DNA of 64,000 nucleotides from Camelus ferus (Eukaryota): contig NC_045696.1 in NCBI RefSeq assembly GCF_009834535.1, forward strand, positions 105,278,001 through 105,342,000, written 5' to 3'. Below are positions 38,195-51,754 of this stretch, piece by piece (the stretch's first letter is position 1; every line of letters begins with the position of its first letter). The translations under genes were made by a program, and so were the position numbers. The notes under the pieces were generated by a model. That model did not search any database. It was not told where the DNA came from and worked only from the letters and a program-made list of their open reading frames with translations.

Positions 38195-38672
38195 GTAGGT
38201 TCCAGGAGTGGGGGGGCGTGGGCCAAGCTGGTCCCCAGAGTCCCTGGTCATGTTGGGGTCCGTATGGACCTTAGAAGAATTCCCTATGGCTGGGCTTTGG
38301 TTTTGCCCTGAAGTTTCTCTTCCAAGGCCCTGGAGAAGATGCCTTTAAAAACCAAGCAACATGTTTTCAAGGTCTAGGCTGACCCATTGTCCAATCAGAG
38401 GGAGGAGGTGAGGCGGTGCGTCTGCTAAGCCTGAGACGGGGCGCCAAGCCCTTTGGCATCCCATATCTCTTTCTATGGTTTCAGCAGCCCTATGGGCCAG
38501 GTGCTGTCATGTTCTTATTTTGGCAACGTGGACATGGAGGCTCACATCCAAGCCACATAGCTAGAAAACAGCAGAAGGAAGATTTGCTCTCAAATGATAT
38601 GTATTTTCACCACACCTAATTGTGGCAAGCCAGAACCAGGGAGAGTTCTCTAAGCTTCTCAAGACATGATCT

Positions 38673-39267
38673 TGTTCCCCGAAAACCGGATTCGCCTCTT
38701 GATGGGTGTCGAGCCAAAAGACACAGCCACCCCAAAGAGCGGGAGGAGGAAGGGTCATTACTTGCAGCAAGTAAGGAGAACACTGGGGGTCTTTCCCAAA
38801 GCACTTTCTCCCCTAAGAGCAAAACTGGAGAAGTTTTTTAAGCTAAGGGCACGTGCATATTCATGAAGAGGCTTAAGCAGAGGAGAATTCTGCATAGAAC
38901 TGGGGCAAAGGTTGACGGAGTCCAAGTCAGAGGGTCAGAAATGTCAGTACCATCATTCCGTCCTCACCTGGGCGGGGGCCTTAGTTCCTGCAGAACTCAA
39001 AGACTGTATCTGACTGTTACGTTCATCCCCTGAGGCGGGACTGGGACTCTGTTTTATCACTGAACTATTGTTTCTTGACTGCTTTTCCTTGGTTCCTGCC
39101 TTCCCACACTGCCCCTAAGAGCATTAGTTACTGAGGCCTGTTCTAGGGCCAGGGTGGTGGCCAGGCTTAGATCACAGAATGGCTGAGGCCCCAAATGGCT
39201 TCTCTTATGTCAAGAAAGCCACACCTGGTTCTCTTTCTCTGGAGACCCCCTACCCTATCCGCTTACA
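38673..39267 (-). mobile_element. ERV1-type solo LTR (595 bp) in RBP1 intron 3
   Basis: TGT...ACA termini with near-perfect 4-bp TSD (atct / gtct); internal text gggccttagttcctgcagaactcaaag...ctattgtttcttgactgc typical of artiodactyl LTRs. Orientation is inferred. Confidence 0.75.
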
Positions 39268-40622
39268 GTCTCAACAATCAAGGGCCGGGGAGGAGAAGCC
39301 TTTCTTAGGTCAGCTGTGGGCCCCGCTCACCTGTCCTCCAGCCTGAGACCTCTGGTCAAAGCCACTTGCACTCCACCCACTGTGTGGGAAGAGCACACAC
39401 AAATCCAGAATAGAGAACTTAGGGCTAAAGTAACTCGTGCCCTCTGAGAGGAGACCCCCCCATCACTCCTTCTGCTTCCTTGGAGCTTCCTTCTGAGAAG
39501 GGAGCCCAGTCCAGATGACCTGGGTTCTGGTTCTGACTCTCCAGGTTCATGTCAGCAGGTACCTTCCTTCCCTCCAGCTCGCCTACAAGATGCCATCCTG
39601 CCACACAGGGCTTCTGCAGAGGTCAGGGTCTGCACAAGCTTCAGGACCTGTGAGTGCCGAGAAAAGGCACAAGGGCTCCACATTCGGAAGCAGCCTAGGC
39701 GTATGCAGAGCCGGGGCTGCAGTGCCTGACCCTGAAGCAGCCTCCTTCCTGGGCCTTCACTTCCTCAGCTGCAGAGCAGTGAGGGCAGGTTACGTGAGCT
39801 CCTTTGGCCCTTTCAGCTCCAGGATTCTGAGGCTCTACGCCAGAGGTTGCAAACTGGGGGCCTCTTTTATTTGGCCATCCAGGGGCTTCCATATTTTTCA
39901 GCCAACAATTTAAAAATTAGGAGATCACAAATATTCAGATTTGCAGCCTCCCTCAAGAAAAGAAAAAGCTCAGAAGGTGTGGTGAGTCTGAGCTGTCGGT
40001 CCCGCTGGCAGCGCTCAGCAGGGGCGGCCCCGAAGGCAGGTCGTGGGCTTTCTCAGCTGCGTTTTAGGTCTACCTGGGAGCTTTTAATAATAGCAGCTCC
40101 AGGACTCCACCCTCTGAGATACTGATGTAACTGATGTAGCCCGGGACCCAGGCATTTTTCAAACTCCCCAAGTAACACCAATGGGCAACTGCAGCTTGGA
40201 ACCACTGCGCTAGTTTGCAGCCCTGGTCTGCAGTGACCCACTGAGCCCTTTGCGGGTTGAGCCTTGGGTCTAGCCCTGATTTCTTCCAAGCCTGCATGCA
40301 GACTCTGACCTGGGCTCAGGCCTGACAGTCTTAAAGCTTTCTGGCTCCTTGAGGGTAGCAGGGGGAGGGAGACACCAGAGGGTCCTGTTGGTCAGCTCTG
40401 AGCCACATCGGTCGCCCGGCCAGCTCTGTCTACAGGGCGTAGCAGAACCTGAGGGCCACTGATTCAGTTCACTCGACCCTCCAAGGAACTGGTGAATTCA
40501 GACCAACTCTTGGAGGTAAAAATAGCAATCATGGAGGATTTTCTGGGTTCCTGCCCCTGGATGCCCTGAGCCCCAGGTGTGACCTTGCTTTGGCCAATGA
40601 CAAGAATCTGTTTTTGTTTCAG

Positions 40623-40676
40623 GAAATGAGAGTGGAGGGTGTGGTCTGCAAGCAAGTATTCAAAAAGGTGAACTGA
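40623..40676 (+). CDS. RBP1: RBP1 coding exon 4, EMRVEGVVCKQVFKKVN*
   Basis: Acceptor tgtttttgtttcAG at 40621-40622; 54 nt including TGA; total CDS 408 nt = 135 aa plus stop. Not in the ORF track (too short); found by reading the sequence. Confidence 0.97.
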   Translation, partial: EMRVEGVVCKQVFKKVN

Positions 40677-40843
40677 AGCCTGAGCAGACCTGAGTCTTGA
40701 GGAATGAGTGGCGAGGACGCGGGGGCCGGGGTCCCCCTCTCTGCACAACATGGGGCAGAGAGGTCCAGCCCCCAACTTGACATCTCTTAGCAGAGTCTAT
40801 CTCTTGACGTTATCCTTTCCTTTTCTTCAAACGAAACCATCCT

Positions 40844-40849
40844 AATAAA
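40844..40849 (+). terminator. RBP1: RBP1 polyadenylation signal AATAAA
   Basis: AATAAA about 170 nt after the stop codon, followed about 17 nt later by CA and a GU-rich tgtctgttt element. Confidence 0.85.
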
Positions 40850-41835
40850 AGTGGTTTCTACCCCCAATGTCTGTTTCAGAGAAGCTTCAAAACCCGACTG
40901 TGCTCACATTTTCTCTGAAGGCTTCTGATGCTGGCTTCTCCTGAGCAGAAGGAGGAAATTCAGCCAAAGGCCTGCAGCTTTAGCTCTGACATTGCACCTG
41001 TGTGATCTCCCCCCAGGGCACAGGCTTGGGTCTGGGATGTATGGCCTGCCATTTAATGGTCCATGTATAAAGTTCATACCATGTCACATGTCCGGTCAGG
41101 GCCAAGGTGTAGTGAGTACCGGAGAAGTAGGCCAGGTTGCCCTCCACCCTGGGAACTTAGAGCCTTGTTAATGAGATCCAGCCAACAGTGACTTCATGAC
41201 TGCACTTACATGCATACAGGAGATGCTCCTAAAATTGTCAATGAAATGGAACTAAATAGAATTTTAAGCTCAAAGCTTATAGGTGAACCTTAATCAAAGA
41301 CAATGATCAATTGGATTTGATTTCAGAGGTGTCATAAACACATTCCTCACTGCCCCCAAACCATCCCCACCCCATTTATAGATTTAGCCTTCCTCTCTAC
41401 TGCATAGATGAGACATAACTTGCCAATCCCCCTGGAAGAGGGAAAGCAGCCTCATGTTCGCACTAAAGTGTAAATGATGGCTAGCAATGCTTTTGCATAA
41501 AGAAACAGGGAAGAAAGGGTGAGTGAAGAGGTGGGAGACCATGGGTAGGGAGAACCACTGGGAAAGAGAAGACTCTCGTCGAGGACCCCCTTGTCAGGAG
41601 CACTGGGTTAGGAGTCAGATGAGCTGACTTGGAATTCCACAACCACCACTCACCGGGCCACCACACCTGCCTGGACCTCACTGCTCTGGTCAGAAACCCA
41701 CAGTAATAATCTCCCTCCCTTCCTGCACAGGTGGGTCGTGGACCTTGCCGTGCATATAAAGCTTGTGACTGCCCAGTGCTAGACAGGTGCTCTCAGACTT
41801 GGCTAAACCTTAAAACCACCTGGGGAACTTTTTTT

Positions 41836-42438
41836 CCCCATTTTTTTAAATTGACATGTAGTCACTTCACAATGTGTGTCAATTTCTGCACAATGTTTCA
41901 ATCATACATATACATACACTTATTTACTTTCATATTTTTCATTATAGGCTACTACAAGATATTGAATATAGTTCCCTGTGCTGTACAGTAAAACTTGTTG
42001 TTTATCTATTTTATAGATAGTAGTTAGTATCTGCAAATCTTGGGATCCCAATTTATCCCTTCCCCCTCACCTTTCCCCCTTGGTAATCATAAGTTTGTTT
42101 TCTATGTCTGTGGGTCTGTTTCTGTTTTGTAAATAAGTTCATTTGTGTCTTTTTTTTAGTTTCCTCATATAACTGATACCATATGATATTTTTCTTACTC
42201 TCTCTGGCTTACTTCACTTAGAATGACAATCTCCAAGTCCAACCATGTTGCTGCAAGTGGCATTTTATTTTTTATGGCCAAGTAGTATTCCGTTATATAA
42301 ATATATCACAGCTTCTTTATTCAGTCATTCATCAAAAGACACTTAGGTTGCTTCCATGTCTTGGCTATTGTAAATAGTGCTGCTGTGAACATTGGGGTGC
42401 AGGTGTCTTTTCGAATTAGGGTTCCCTCTGGATATATA
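41836..42438 (-). mobile_element. 5'-truncated L1 (young family) inserted in a MER5-like element (about 41780-42590)
   Basis: L1 3'UTR and ORF2 end in reverse; imperfect TSD cacctgg..aactttt; flanks read as two halves of MER5. Confidence 0.85.
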
Positions 42439-42594
42439 CACCTGGCAAACTTTTCAAATTTCCTGTACCCAGGCCACTTCCCAGGACCAATCACATCAGA
42501 AGATCTCAAGGTGGGACCTGGGCATCAGGTTTTTTTTTCAAGCCCCTCAGGTGATTCTAGGATGCCACTGGAGCTGAGAGTCACTGCCCTACAC

Positions 42595-42811
42595 CAGTGT
42601 TTATAACTTGGTAATCCAGCCCCTACCCAGGGGCATTTGGCAATGTCTGGAGACATCTTTGATTTCACAACTTGGGAGAGGGGGTCTCTCCTGGCACCTA
42701 GTTGGGTAGAGGTCAAGAACGCTGCTAAGTTTCCTTCAATGCCTAGGACAACTCCCACAACAAAGATTATCCACCCCAAGATGTCAACAGTGACAAAGTT
42801 GAGAAACCTTG
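42595..42811 (+). mobile_element. MER20 (hAT-Charlie)
   Basis: ggggcatttggcaatgtctggagacatctttg...gctgctaa...ccacaacaaagattat...aaagttgagaaacc. Confidence 0.85.
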
Positions 42812-42999
42812 CCTAGACAAAGGTAAGAAAATTTAATGTTTTTGATTACCGAGATCATTTTCTTAGCCTAGACCAAAGAAATGAGAACCCAGAATCATCT
42901 AAGATCCTGGAGACCCCTTTAGGGGTCTTTGTCCCTGAGGGCAGAGAACTCAAAGGCAAAGATTCTTGTAAAGACCATCCATTCATCACGCAAATGTTT

Positions 43000-44089
43000 T
43001 GTTTTGTTAATTGAAGTATAGTCAGTTTACAATGTGTCCATTTCTAGTATACAGCATAATGTTTCAGTCATACATATTTACATATTTGTCTTCATATTCT
43101 TTTTCATTATAGGTTTCTACAAGATATTGAATGTAGTTTCCTGCGCTATACAGAAGTAACTTGTTGTTTATCTGTTTTGTATACAGTAGTTAATATTTGC
43201 AAATCTCAAACTCCCAATTTATCCCTTCCGACCCCCTTTTCCCCCAGGAACCATAAGTTTGTTTACTATGTCTATGAGTCTGTTTCTGTTGTTCTGCGTA
43301 TGAGTTCATTAGTGTCTTCTTTTTTCTTTTTCTAGATTCCACATATGAGTGATATCATAAGGTGTTTTTCTTTTCTTTCTGGCTTACTTGACTTAGAATG
43401 ACAATCTCTAGATCCATCCATGTTGTTGCAAATGGCATTATTTTATTCTTTTTTATGGCTGAGTAGTATTCCATTGTGTAAATATACTAAAACTTCTTTA
43501 CCAGTCATCTGTCAATGGACATTTAGGTTGCTTCCATGACTTGGCTATTGTGTATATTGCTGCTATGAACATTGGGGTGCATGTATCTTTCCAAATTAGA
43601 GTTTCCTCTAGATAAATGCCCAGGAGTGAGATTGCTGGATGGTAAGTCTATTTTTAGTTTTTTGAGGAATCTCCATACTGTCCTCCATAATGGCTGCACC
43701 AAACTAACTATATTCCCACCAACAGTGTAGGAGGGTTCCCTTTTCTCCATACCCTCTCCAGCATTTATCATTTGTGGACTTTTGAATGATGACTATTCTG
43801 ACTGGTATGAGGTGATACCTCATTGTAGTTTTGATTTGCATTTCTCTGATAATTAGCAAAATTGAGCATTTTTTTCATGTGCCTATTGGCTGTTTGTATG
43901 TCTTTGTTGGAGAATTGCTTGTTTAGGTCTTCTTCCCATTTTTGGATTGGGTTATTTGCTTTTTGTTATTAAGTTGTATGAGCTGTTTGTATATTCTGAA
44001 AATTAAACCTTTGTCAGTCACATCATTTGCAAATAATTTCTCCCATTCCATAGGTTGTGGTTTTGTTTGCTTATGATTTCCTTTGCTGT
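43000..44089 (-). mobile_element. 5'-truncated L1 (about 1.1 kb, young family) with 16-bp TSD
   Basis: Reverse ORF2 C-terminus ([12 protein letters not shown]...[19 protein letters not shown]); TSD cat(c/t)acgcaaatgttt at 42984-42999 and 44090-44105. Confidence 0.93.
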
Positions 44090-44262
44090 CATTACGCAAA
44101 TGTTTAATGAGGTCCTATTATGTGCCAGGCACTGAGCAAGCACCACACCTGTTGGGCATCCAGGCATTTCCCCTCCCATCCCAGGCATGGAGACCCCATC
44201 AGACTCCCAATACATAAATGCCTCACCCAATAGTTAGGTTCTGGTGGGGGTCTCACTGATGT

Positions 44263-44789
44263 TGTTGCAGGAGAATGGGGAGGATCTCAGCTGAGTCCAT
44301 AGGATACGCCCCACCAAATGAGGGTCCTTGGTTTTGACCAAAAAAGAATTCAAGAGCCAGCCATAGTAAAGTGAAAGCAAGTTTATTTAGAAAGATACAC
44401 ATCCCATGGACAGAATTCAGTCTGTCTCGGAAGGGAGAGCAGCTCTGGAGTGCGGGGCTGGTTAGTTTTTATGGACTGGGTAATTTCAGATGCTAGCAAG
44501 TGGGGGGATTATTCCAACTGTTTTGGGGAATGGGTGGGGATTTCCAGGAATTGAGCCACCATCCACATTTTGGCCTTTTATGGCCAGCCTCAGAACTGCC
44601 ATGCAACTTTGGGTATGTCGTTTAGCATGCTAATGTATCACAATGAGTCTATGATGAGACCCAAGGTCTACTGGAAGTTGAATCTTCCGCCATCTTGGGC
44701 TTAGTAGGTTCTAATCAGTATGTATCCTATCCTCAATGACTATGTCATTCTTTTAAGGGCTATGCCCTGCCCTCTTCCCTCCTGTCTCA
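44263..44789 (-). mobile_element. MER41-like ERV1 solo LTR (527 bp)
   Basis: TG...CA termini with perfect 4-bp TSD ATGT (44259-44262, 44790-44793); minus-strand AATAAA near 44383; cgccatcttgg and gggtggggatttccaggaa motifs resemble MER41. Confidence 0.8.
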
Positions 44790-47700
44790 ATGTGGCCCTG
44801 CTATGTGAGTGTGCGTGTGATATGGGGGTTATGGCCCCACCCTTGGGAGCCTCTGGTCCTCTGAGGAGACTCAGCCCCACTCTGATTGAATAGCTTGAGT
44901 ACCAGGACCTATCTGAGTGGGCAGTGGGAGCCATAGGAGGTTTTAGAGCAGGAGAGTGGCACGATCAGCCTTTCAACAGACCTAATCTGGCAATCATTCT
45001 CTCCATAGTAAGAAGAGAAAAGGCAAGGAATACCAGCTGAAGTTTAGCCCAGGGCAGTGACACTTAATTGAAATTTGCTTCCTGTGAGGTTAGTCTTCCC
45101 AAAGCAGTCCATGTAAAGCAGGAGGGATGGTTGTTATTGTACATAAGTCTGTAACCACAGAAACAGGCTTTGGGCTTTAACGCTGCTTTCCGTGTTCTCA
45201 GTACCGTCTCCAATAGCTTGCAGAGGGCTTGCTCCTAAATCTGCAGCAGCATGTGTCGCGGTGCTTGTTCAGCCCTCTGTGAGCATTTTAGCACCTCTCA
45301 CCCCCAGTCCAAGGCGACTGATGTGGGCTTCATTTTTGGAACATTGCCACCACTTAACTGACACTGGGCTGCTGTTGTTATGGGATATAAAAAGATTTTT
45401 AATTCTAACAGCAATGACTGATAAGGGGGCACTAGTAATGGAGTCACTCACTGAATTTCCAAAGCATGGCAACAATACTGTGGTGCCCACAGAACTACAA
45501 GGGAGGACGGTTGTCTATTTACCAGCTCACTTGATGCCCCAAGGCTGTGGACATAGTGTCACCCCATCTCGCACTTCCCTGGCTGGCAACTTGGAAAAAT
45601 TTGAGATTTTTTTTTCTCACATTTTTCAAACCGGATGGTTACAGTATTTCAAAAGACATTCTAAGTGAGACATTATTAATATATTTATATCACAAGACTT
45701 CAAATATTCAAAAACTAGGACTGTCACGTGTAGCAACTCAGGCAGGTTGTGCTGAGGCCTGGCATCAGGCAATGACAGGCCTTTGCCGAGAAGGCAGAGG
45801 GGTGAAGTGACTGAGCGGCCAAGCTTTGGTCACATGGCCTCAGTTCGAGTCCCATTTCTGCTACTTCCTAGCTCTGAGGTTAAGGCAAGTCAACCTCTCT
45901 GTGCCTCAGTCTATTCATCTGTAAATCGGCGCTAACAGTTCCTCCTAGACTTCTTGTGAGGATTAAATTGATCTAATGCATGTTAGCAACTCAGAGCAGA
46001 TGTATATTTTATTTACAAGGAGATTTGAGCAGTACCTGGCATATAACAAGCCACTTTTTATATGGGTTAAGAAAAAACAAAACAGAGATCTGAGCATCAC
46101 TTCAGGGGTAGAGTCCACATAACTTCATGACAACGTAGTGTAGGTGACGGAAGAGAAGGAGGAGGCAGAGCTCAGGAGGGAGGGGGTTAACAGAAGTCAG
46201 CAGGGGTGGGTCTCCTGGGCAGGCAGCCCCAGAAGCCTCAGCGGCAGAGGGAGGGGCCAGTGCAGGGCCCCCCAGAGCGCAGGAGGTCTGCCACCCTCCT
46301 CCCCGCCCCCCACACAGGCTACTGCTATGGCCCCCGGAGTTTCCAATGCAGACATGGCAACCCTCCGTCACAGGGCTGCCAGGAGGGTGGACTTCTGGCC
46401 CTAAACCCCTAAGGCCCCTGAAATGTCATTCTCTGAGCTGCCTCCAAAACCTTCCCAGAAGAAAATCTTTGCACATGAACCCCAAGGAGCTCTCTGGAAG
46501 CCCTAATGTATAACCTCTGTCTCAGTTAATTAGGAGACCGTGTGGCCGTCCCTTTCAGGTGCAAATTAAACAGCTCAACACTGCACTGCAATTCAACTCC
46601 GCTTAATGCTGCGAAATGTTCCTTATTCATGCCAACACTGACAGGAGCAATCCCCACCGCAAGCCACCCCACCCCACCTGCAGACCTGAGTCCCCAGGGG
46701 CTTCACCAACTCAGCCCCAGCCCCACATCCCACCCTGAACTAGGGACCCACAGTGCTGGGTCAACAGAGGTGGTGAGGACCCACTAATCACCCACATCAC
46801 AGGAATGGCTTTTATCTCAGAGAGGTGGGACAAGGAAAGGGATGGCTGTCTCTCTGGAAGAGAGAACTTGATTTGCTCTGCGAAGGACACTTACCCCCCC
46901 CCCCATTTCTCTTCCAATAACAAAAACCCTATCAATCCTTCAGAGACAAGGTTGGGGTCTTTTCCCACCTCCAGAGCCCATAACCCCTGCTCCTTTGAGT
47001 TCTGGTCCTCTCAAGGCTGATCCTGGCCATTTCCCCTTTTTGAGATGCTCCTAATAGGGAAATACCAGGTCAGAATGACAGAAGTTGTGGTTTACTTCAA
47101 ATGGTTGCATGTAACCAATAGTTTAGCAGACAAAACTACAATGTAATGTTGTACTGTTATGCTAATTCAAAGATCATTGCAGAACTTGTAAAATGAATGC
47201 ATTCGTGGTGAGCCTGAGGCAGTCTGGTCCAATCATGATACACAGCTTTAAAGGTGAAGAATGAACTCCCTTACTACCTCTGTGACCTTCACGTGTAACT
47301 TCATTTGGTGATAATGTCAGAAGTTGAAAGGCCCTTCATGAATTTGATGTCTGGGTCGATGGGTCCCTTTCTCCCACACAGTGGGCCCCCATTGGAGACC
47401 CCGTTGGAACTCCTAACACATAACACTCAGCCCTACCATTGTTTAGACACCCCAGGGAGCATTTGCCATATTTGTGGCTGTCTGCCATCTTGTTAACAAT
47501 TCTCCCATGTTTAAGCAACCTTCTTCATTAGGAATTCCATCTCTCCAAGGCATGAATAGAAGGAAGAGCTAGTTTTCCCAACCTGCTTGCACCCAGGCTC
47601 CAGGTATGAGAGGGGACTCCCTCAACTAGATGCCCTCAAGTGAGGAGATTTGGAAAAAGAACTACGTGAGGAAGGTTGGAGAATGCAGATTGGATTCTTT

Positions 47701-47849
47701 GGAAACCGTGGCAGCAGTGGGGTTGGCTTTGGGGCGGCATCAATGACAGAGCTTCTGATTCCTGGTGGCAAGTGTCATGGGCACTATTTACCCTGGCAGT
47801 GGACGCAAAAGAGAGAGGCCACCAGACCTATGGGCTTCCTATACACACC

Positions 47850-48520
47850 ACCTTTGAAGTGGTCTCTCCACAAAATCAGCTTTGAATCTGATCAAGTCTC
47901 CGATCTAACTACATATTTACAGGCAATGCAGGGGCAAAAGGACATGTTACAGGGCATTTCAGGGATGCAATCTGCAAAACCCAGACTGTGAGAAACTGCA
48001 GGAAGAACAACCTGGTTTCTCCAGCAAATGAATTACAAGGAACAAAAACAGCTTACAGAGACGGAACCTACAGTCTAAAAGAGACTCAGGAGACACATCA
48101 GCTAATCATACCAAATAGCCTTTATTTGAATCCTAGTTCAAACAAATGAACTGCAAAAACAAACACCAAAGCAAACAAGAAAGGACAGGAGATAATTAGG
48201 GAAATTTGTGTATTGACAGTATTTGATGATGTTACCAGAAACACTGCTAAGTTTTTAGGTGTGATAATGGCATTATGGTCATGTATTTTAAGAGTTCTTG
48301 TCTTTTAGAGATACATACTGAAAGCTTTATAGATAAAAAGCATACTGTCTGGGAGCTGTTTCAAGATAATTGGGGAGGAGCAGAAGGGATAGAGATGAAA
48401 TAAGCCTGGCTGTGACTTGATAAGTGTCAGAGTTGGGTGATGGGTATGTGGAATTCATTCAACTATCCTGTCTGCTTGTTTAGATGGTTGAAATACTCCA
48501 CGATAAAAACGTTTTTTAAA
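47850..48520 (+). mobile_element. Old L1 3' end (L1MC4-like)
   Basis: tctgcaaaacccagactgtgagaaactgcagga...tttaggtgtgataatggcatt...ttttagagatacatactgaa; same family as about 12180-12595. Confidence 0.7.
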
Positions 48521-49829
48521 ACTAGTTAAAATAAATACAATTCTAAACAAATAAATGATCCCGTATAAAATCAAACTCCATCTGGCATAACTGTGAGTAC
48601 CCTTGCAGAGCTGATGGGCAGGGTTAGCCAGGCACTTTCCATTTTAGATCAAAGGATGGGAGGTAATCGCTTTTCTTCTGGGGGCGATGAGGGTGAAGCT
48701 GCTTGGACGGGGAGGCTGAGAGGCTGTCGTACACTTCAGCCATCTGGTCTCCTTTAGCTCATAGATGCTCTGGTATCCAGGGCTGCATTCAGAACCATGG
48801 TGCCCTGCACCACGGCTACCATGCATCTCCACTCCATCCCAGCTACCTAACTCTACCACCCACCTCCAGCCAGATCTCTCTGCCATAAACCATCCACATA
48901 GACCTCTGTAGTCAAGAGAACACTGGAAAGTGTGTGGAGGTGGTGGTGCTTCCAGAGCCAGATTCCAGTTTAGGGGCTCTGAGAGAATTGGAGTGGGGTA
49001 AGTGTGACGGTCCTCCAACAATAGTGCAAGAGAGTGGCAGTGAGAGGCCACAGCAAGGCAGTGGGGTGGAGAAGAGGGGCAGTCACGCTTCAGTCCTCAC
49101 CATCAGTGTAGTAGACCACTGACAATCTGCTTGTTCCGAGTCTGATCCCTTTTCTTCTGGTAATAACAGTCCTTGTGGTTAGAAGGACTTACCTCCTTTG
49201 CCCCCTGCCAGTTCCAGAGCTGAGCACACAACACCAGGCTGGCCAATCAAACCCACAGTCACTGGGCCTGGCACAAGGACATAACCTTGGGTTTTTAGTT
49301 TAAAGCACTGAGAAAGAGATGCTTTTTATCATTTGGGGACGCTAAAGAGTTAGAATGTCAGCCTGGAGCCACTAAGAGCCATCACATGGAGAGAGCCCTC
49401 CCGGAAGGAAGGCTTCATGGAAGAAATCCAAGGCAAGAGATGAAGAGATGCTTCATCACTGGAGAGTCAGGCTCCAGCCCTGTCTGGACTGGATCTCAAT
49501 GGAAACCATGAAGGACAGCTATGCCTTGTGCCCCGAACCCCAGGAGTACGATTCATCTGCTGATGGTAAGACTTCCTTTCTTCTCTGTAGGGCTTTACAG
49601 CAGAACCCAGAGGCAGCACTGGGGTTGGCACCTGGGACTTTGTGAGGACAAAGGCTGTGCCCTTTCCATGAGGCCACATTTCAGAGTCTGGATGTCAAGG
49701 AGCTAGAAGAGCCAGAAGGAAGCTCTAAGAAGCCTCAGGTTGTTCTTTTGAATCCAACAGAAGCCAAGAATTAGAGGATAGAATAAGACGGAGTTTCTCT
49801 TATTAGTTTAATTATTTAAAACCCAATGG

Positions 49830-50110
49830 AGATGAAATCATACTGGATTAGGGGAATCCTAAATTTAACATGCCTATCCTTATAGGAGACAAAAAAGGGC
49901 ACTCAGAAAAGAGGGCGATTTGAATATGGAAGCAGAAATTGGGGTGATGTGTTTTCACACCAGAGTGCCAACAACCACTAGGAGCTAGGAGAGAGGCACT
50001 GAGCTGATTCTTGCTCAGAACCTCCAGAAGGAACCAGCCTTGTAAGTATCTGAATTTTGAACTTCTGGCCTCTTGAAGTGAGAGACTAAATTCCGGTTGT
50101 GTTAAACCCA
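49830..50110 (+). mobile_element. MaLR LTR (MLT1B/C-like) fragment
   Basis: gaagcagaaattggggtgatg...ggagctaggagagaggca...cctccagaaggaaccagcc...acttctggcctc. Confidence 0.75.
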
Positions 50111-51404
50111 AACAAAAACAAAATCAAAACCCCTACCAATGTTACTAAATAAATAGTGGGGTGTTATCAGACACCAGTTTCAAAATGGCTTTAGTGAACC
50201 GAGCTGTTCCCTGACATCTTTCATTTCTCTGGATGTTGATCACCTGCTCAGCGCCAGGGCCAGGGCTGGACCGTTCACACGGAAATGTTACATCAGGGCC
50301 CAATGCACACCTCAGACGGCCCATGCTACAGGAGCTCGCCGGCACACAGAGGGCAGAGCAGGGTACAGGACTTAGAAAGACCCCCTGCAGGGGGGTGCTG
50401 AGCACACTGGGTAGATAATTGATAAGGTGAGAGGGTGGACATTTCTAGAAGGCACAGAGATGTAGTCCAGGTGATGCACTTCGAGACCTCCTTCAGATGT
50501 CCCTCCCCGGAAGCTCCCAGACACACCCTTTCTGTGTGAGCCAGGCTTGTGTCCTGAAGTGATGTGACGGCCCCTGCACTACACTAGTGTTCTTCCTGAC
50601 ACCCCTGAAAAAATGCCTGGTTCTTCCCTTTCTAGCGAATTTTCATGAACTTGCTCAAAAAGTCCCTCCTCCAAGAAGGCTTCTTTGACTGACTCTTCCT
50701 AAGAATTCCACACAGTTTTGATTGGTTTGGAGCTGCTGGTACCTTGGCAGAGAAGGGCCGGTCAGGTTGCTTATCTGGGAGTTCTCTCTCGTTGGCCCTG
50801 CACAGCCTCCATCAGACGCCCTCCAGCAGGTGGGACCTGGTCTCACACTGTGCTCCTCTCCCTCCTCACCGCGTCCGTGTTCTCTGAGCGACTGGACTGT
50901 GCAAGGAAGTTAATGAATAGACTGAACTTCACACACTGTGTTTATCAGCCCAACCTTGTCCACGCTTTCATTTATGGCCCTTCCACAGAGACCTCCAGAC
51001 CAAGTGAAGAAACCTTCCTGCCACGCAGCTGTAGGTGGGGACCTTTGGCCCACAAGAAAGGCCACAGCTAAGAGGGTGCTACTCTAATGTGGGGTATCAA
51101 GATAAGGCCGGGGGATGTCTTAAGAATATCTCTACTATTTTGTACTTTGGGACTCTTACCATTTATAGCCCCTAACTGATAACCCTCAAGGGTGCTGTAA
51201 TCACTACAGACCTTTCCCTCAAGCCCTAGTTATTCTTCAAGACTCAGCTGAAGGTCCTGCCCAAGCAAGACACCTTTCCCATCAGCCCTGGATGAGCTCT
51301 TTCCTAACTGACGTCGTTTTATTATTAAATTCCATTCTTTTTTGTGGCCCATTAACTCATCTGAAAAACTTTTGGTTCAAACAGCATATCAAAACTGAAA
51401 CTGC

Positions 51405-51710
51405 TATATGTGGACTCAAGAAAATAAAACAAACAAATAGATATAACTAAACAGAAACAGACTCAAAGATACAGAGCAAACTAGTGGTTACCACTGGTAA
51501 CTAGTGAGGAAAGAAGTAATGGAAAGGGGCAAGAAAGGGGAAGGAGATTAAGGGGTACAGACTACTAGGTGTAAAATAAATAAAACACAAGTCTGCAATG
51601 TACAGCACAGGGAATACAGCCAATATTTTATAATAACTTTCAATGGAGTATATGTTTTACACCTGAAACCAATATAACATCATAAATCAACTATATTTTA
51701 ATTTTAAAAA
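51405..51710 (+). mobile_element. Short L1 3' end with TSD
   Basis: aacagaaacagactca...tacagcacagggaata; TSD aaactgaaa(c/t)tgc at about 51392-51404 and 51712-51724. Confidence 0.8.
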
Positions 51711-51754
51711 GAAACTGAAATTGCAAAGTAGTTAGAAATCAAAAAAAAAAAAAA

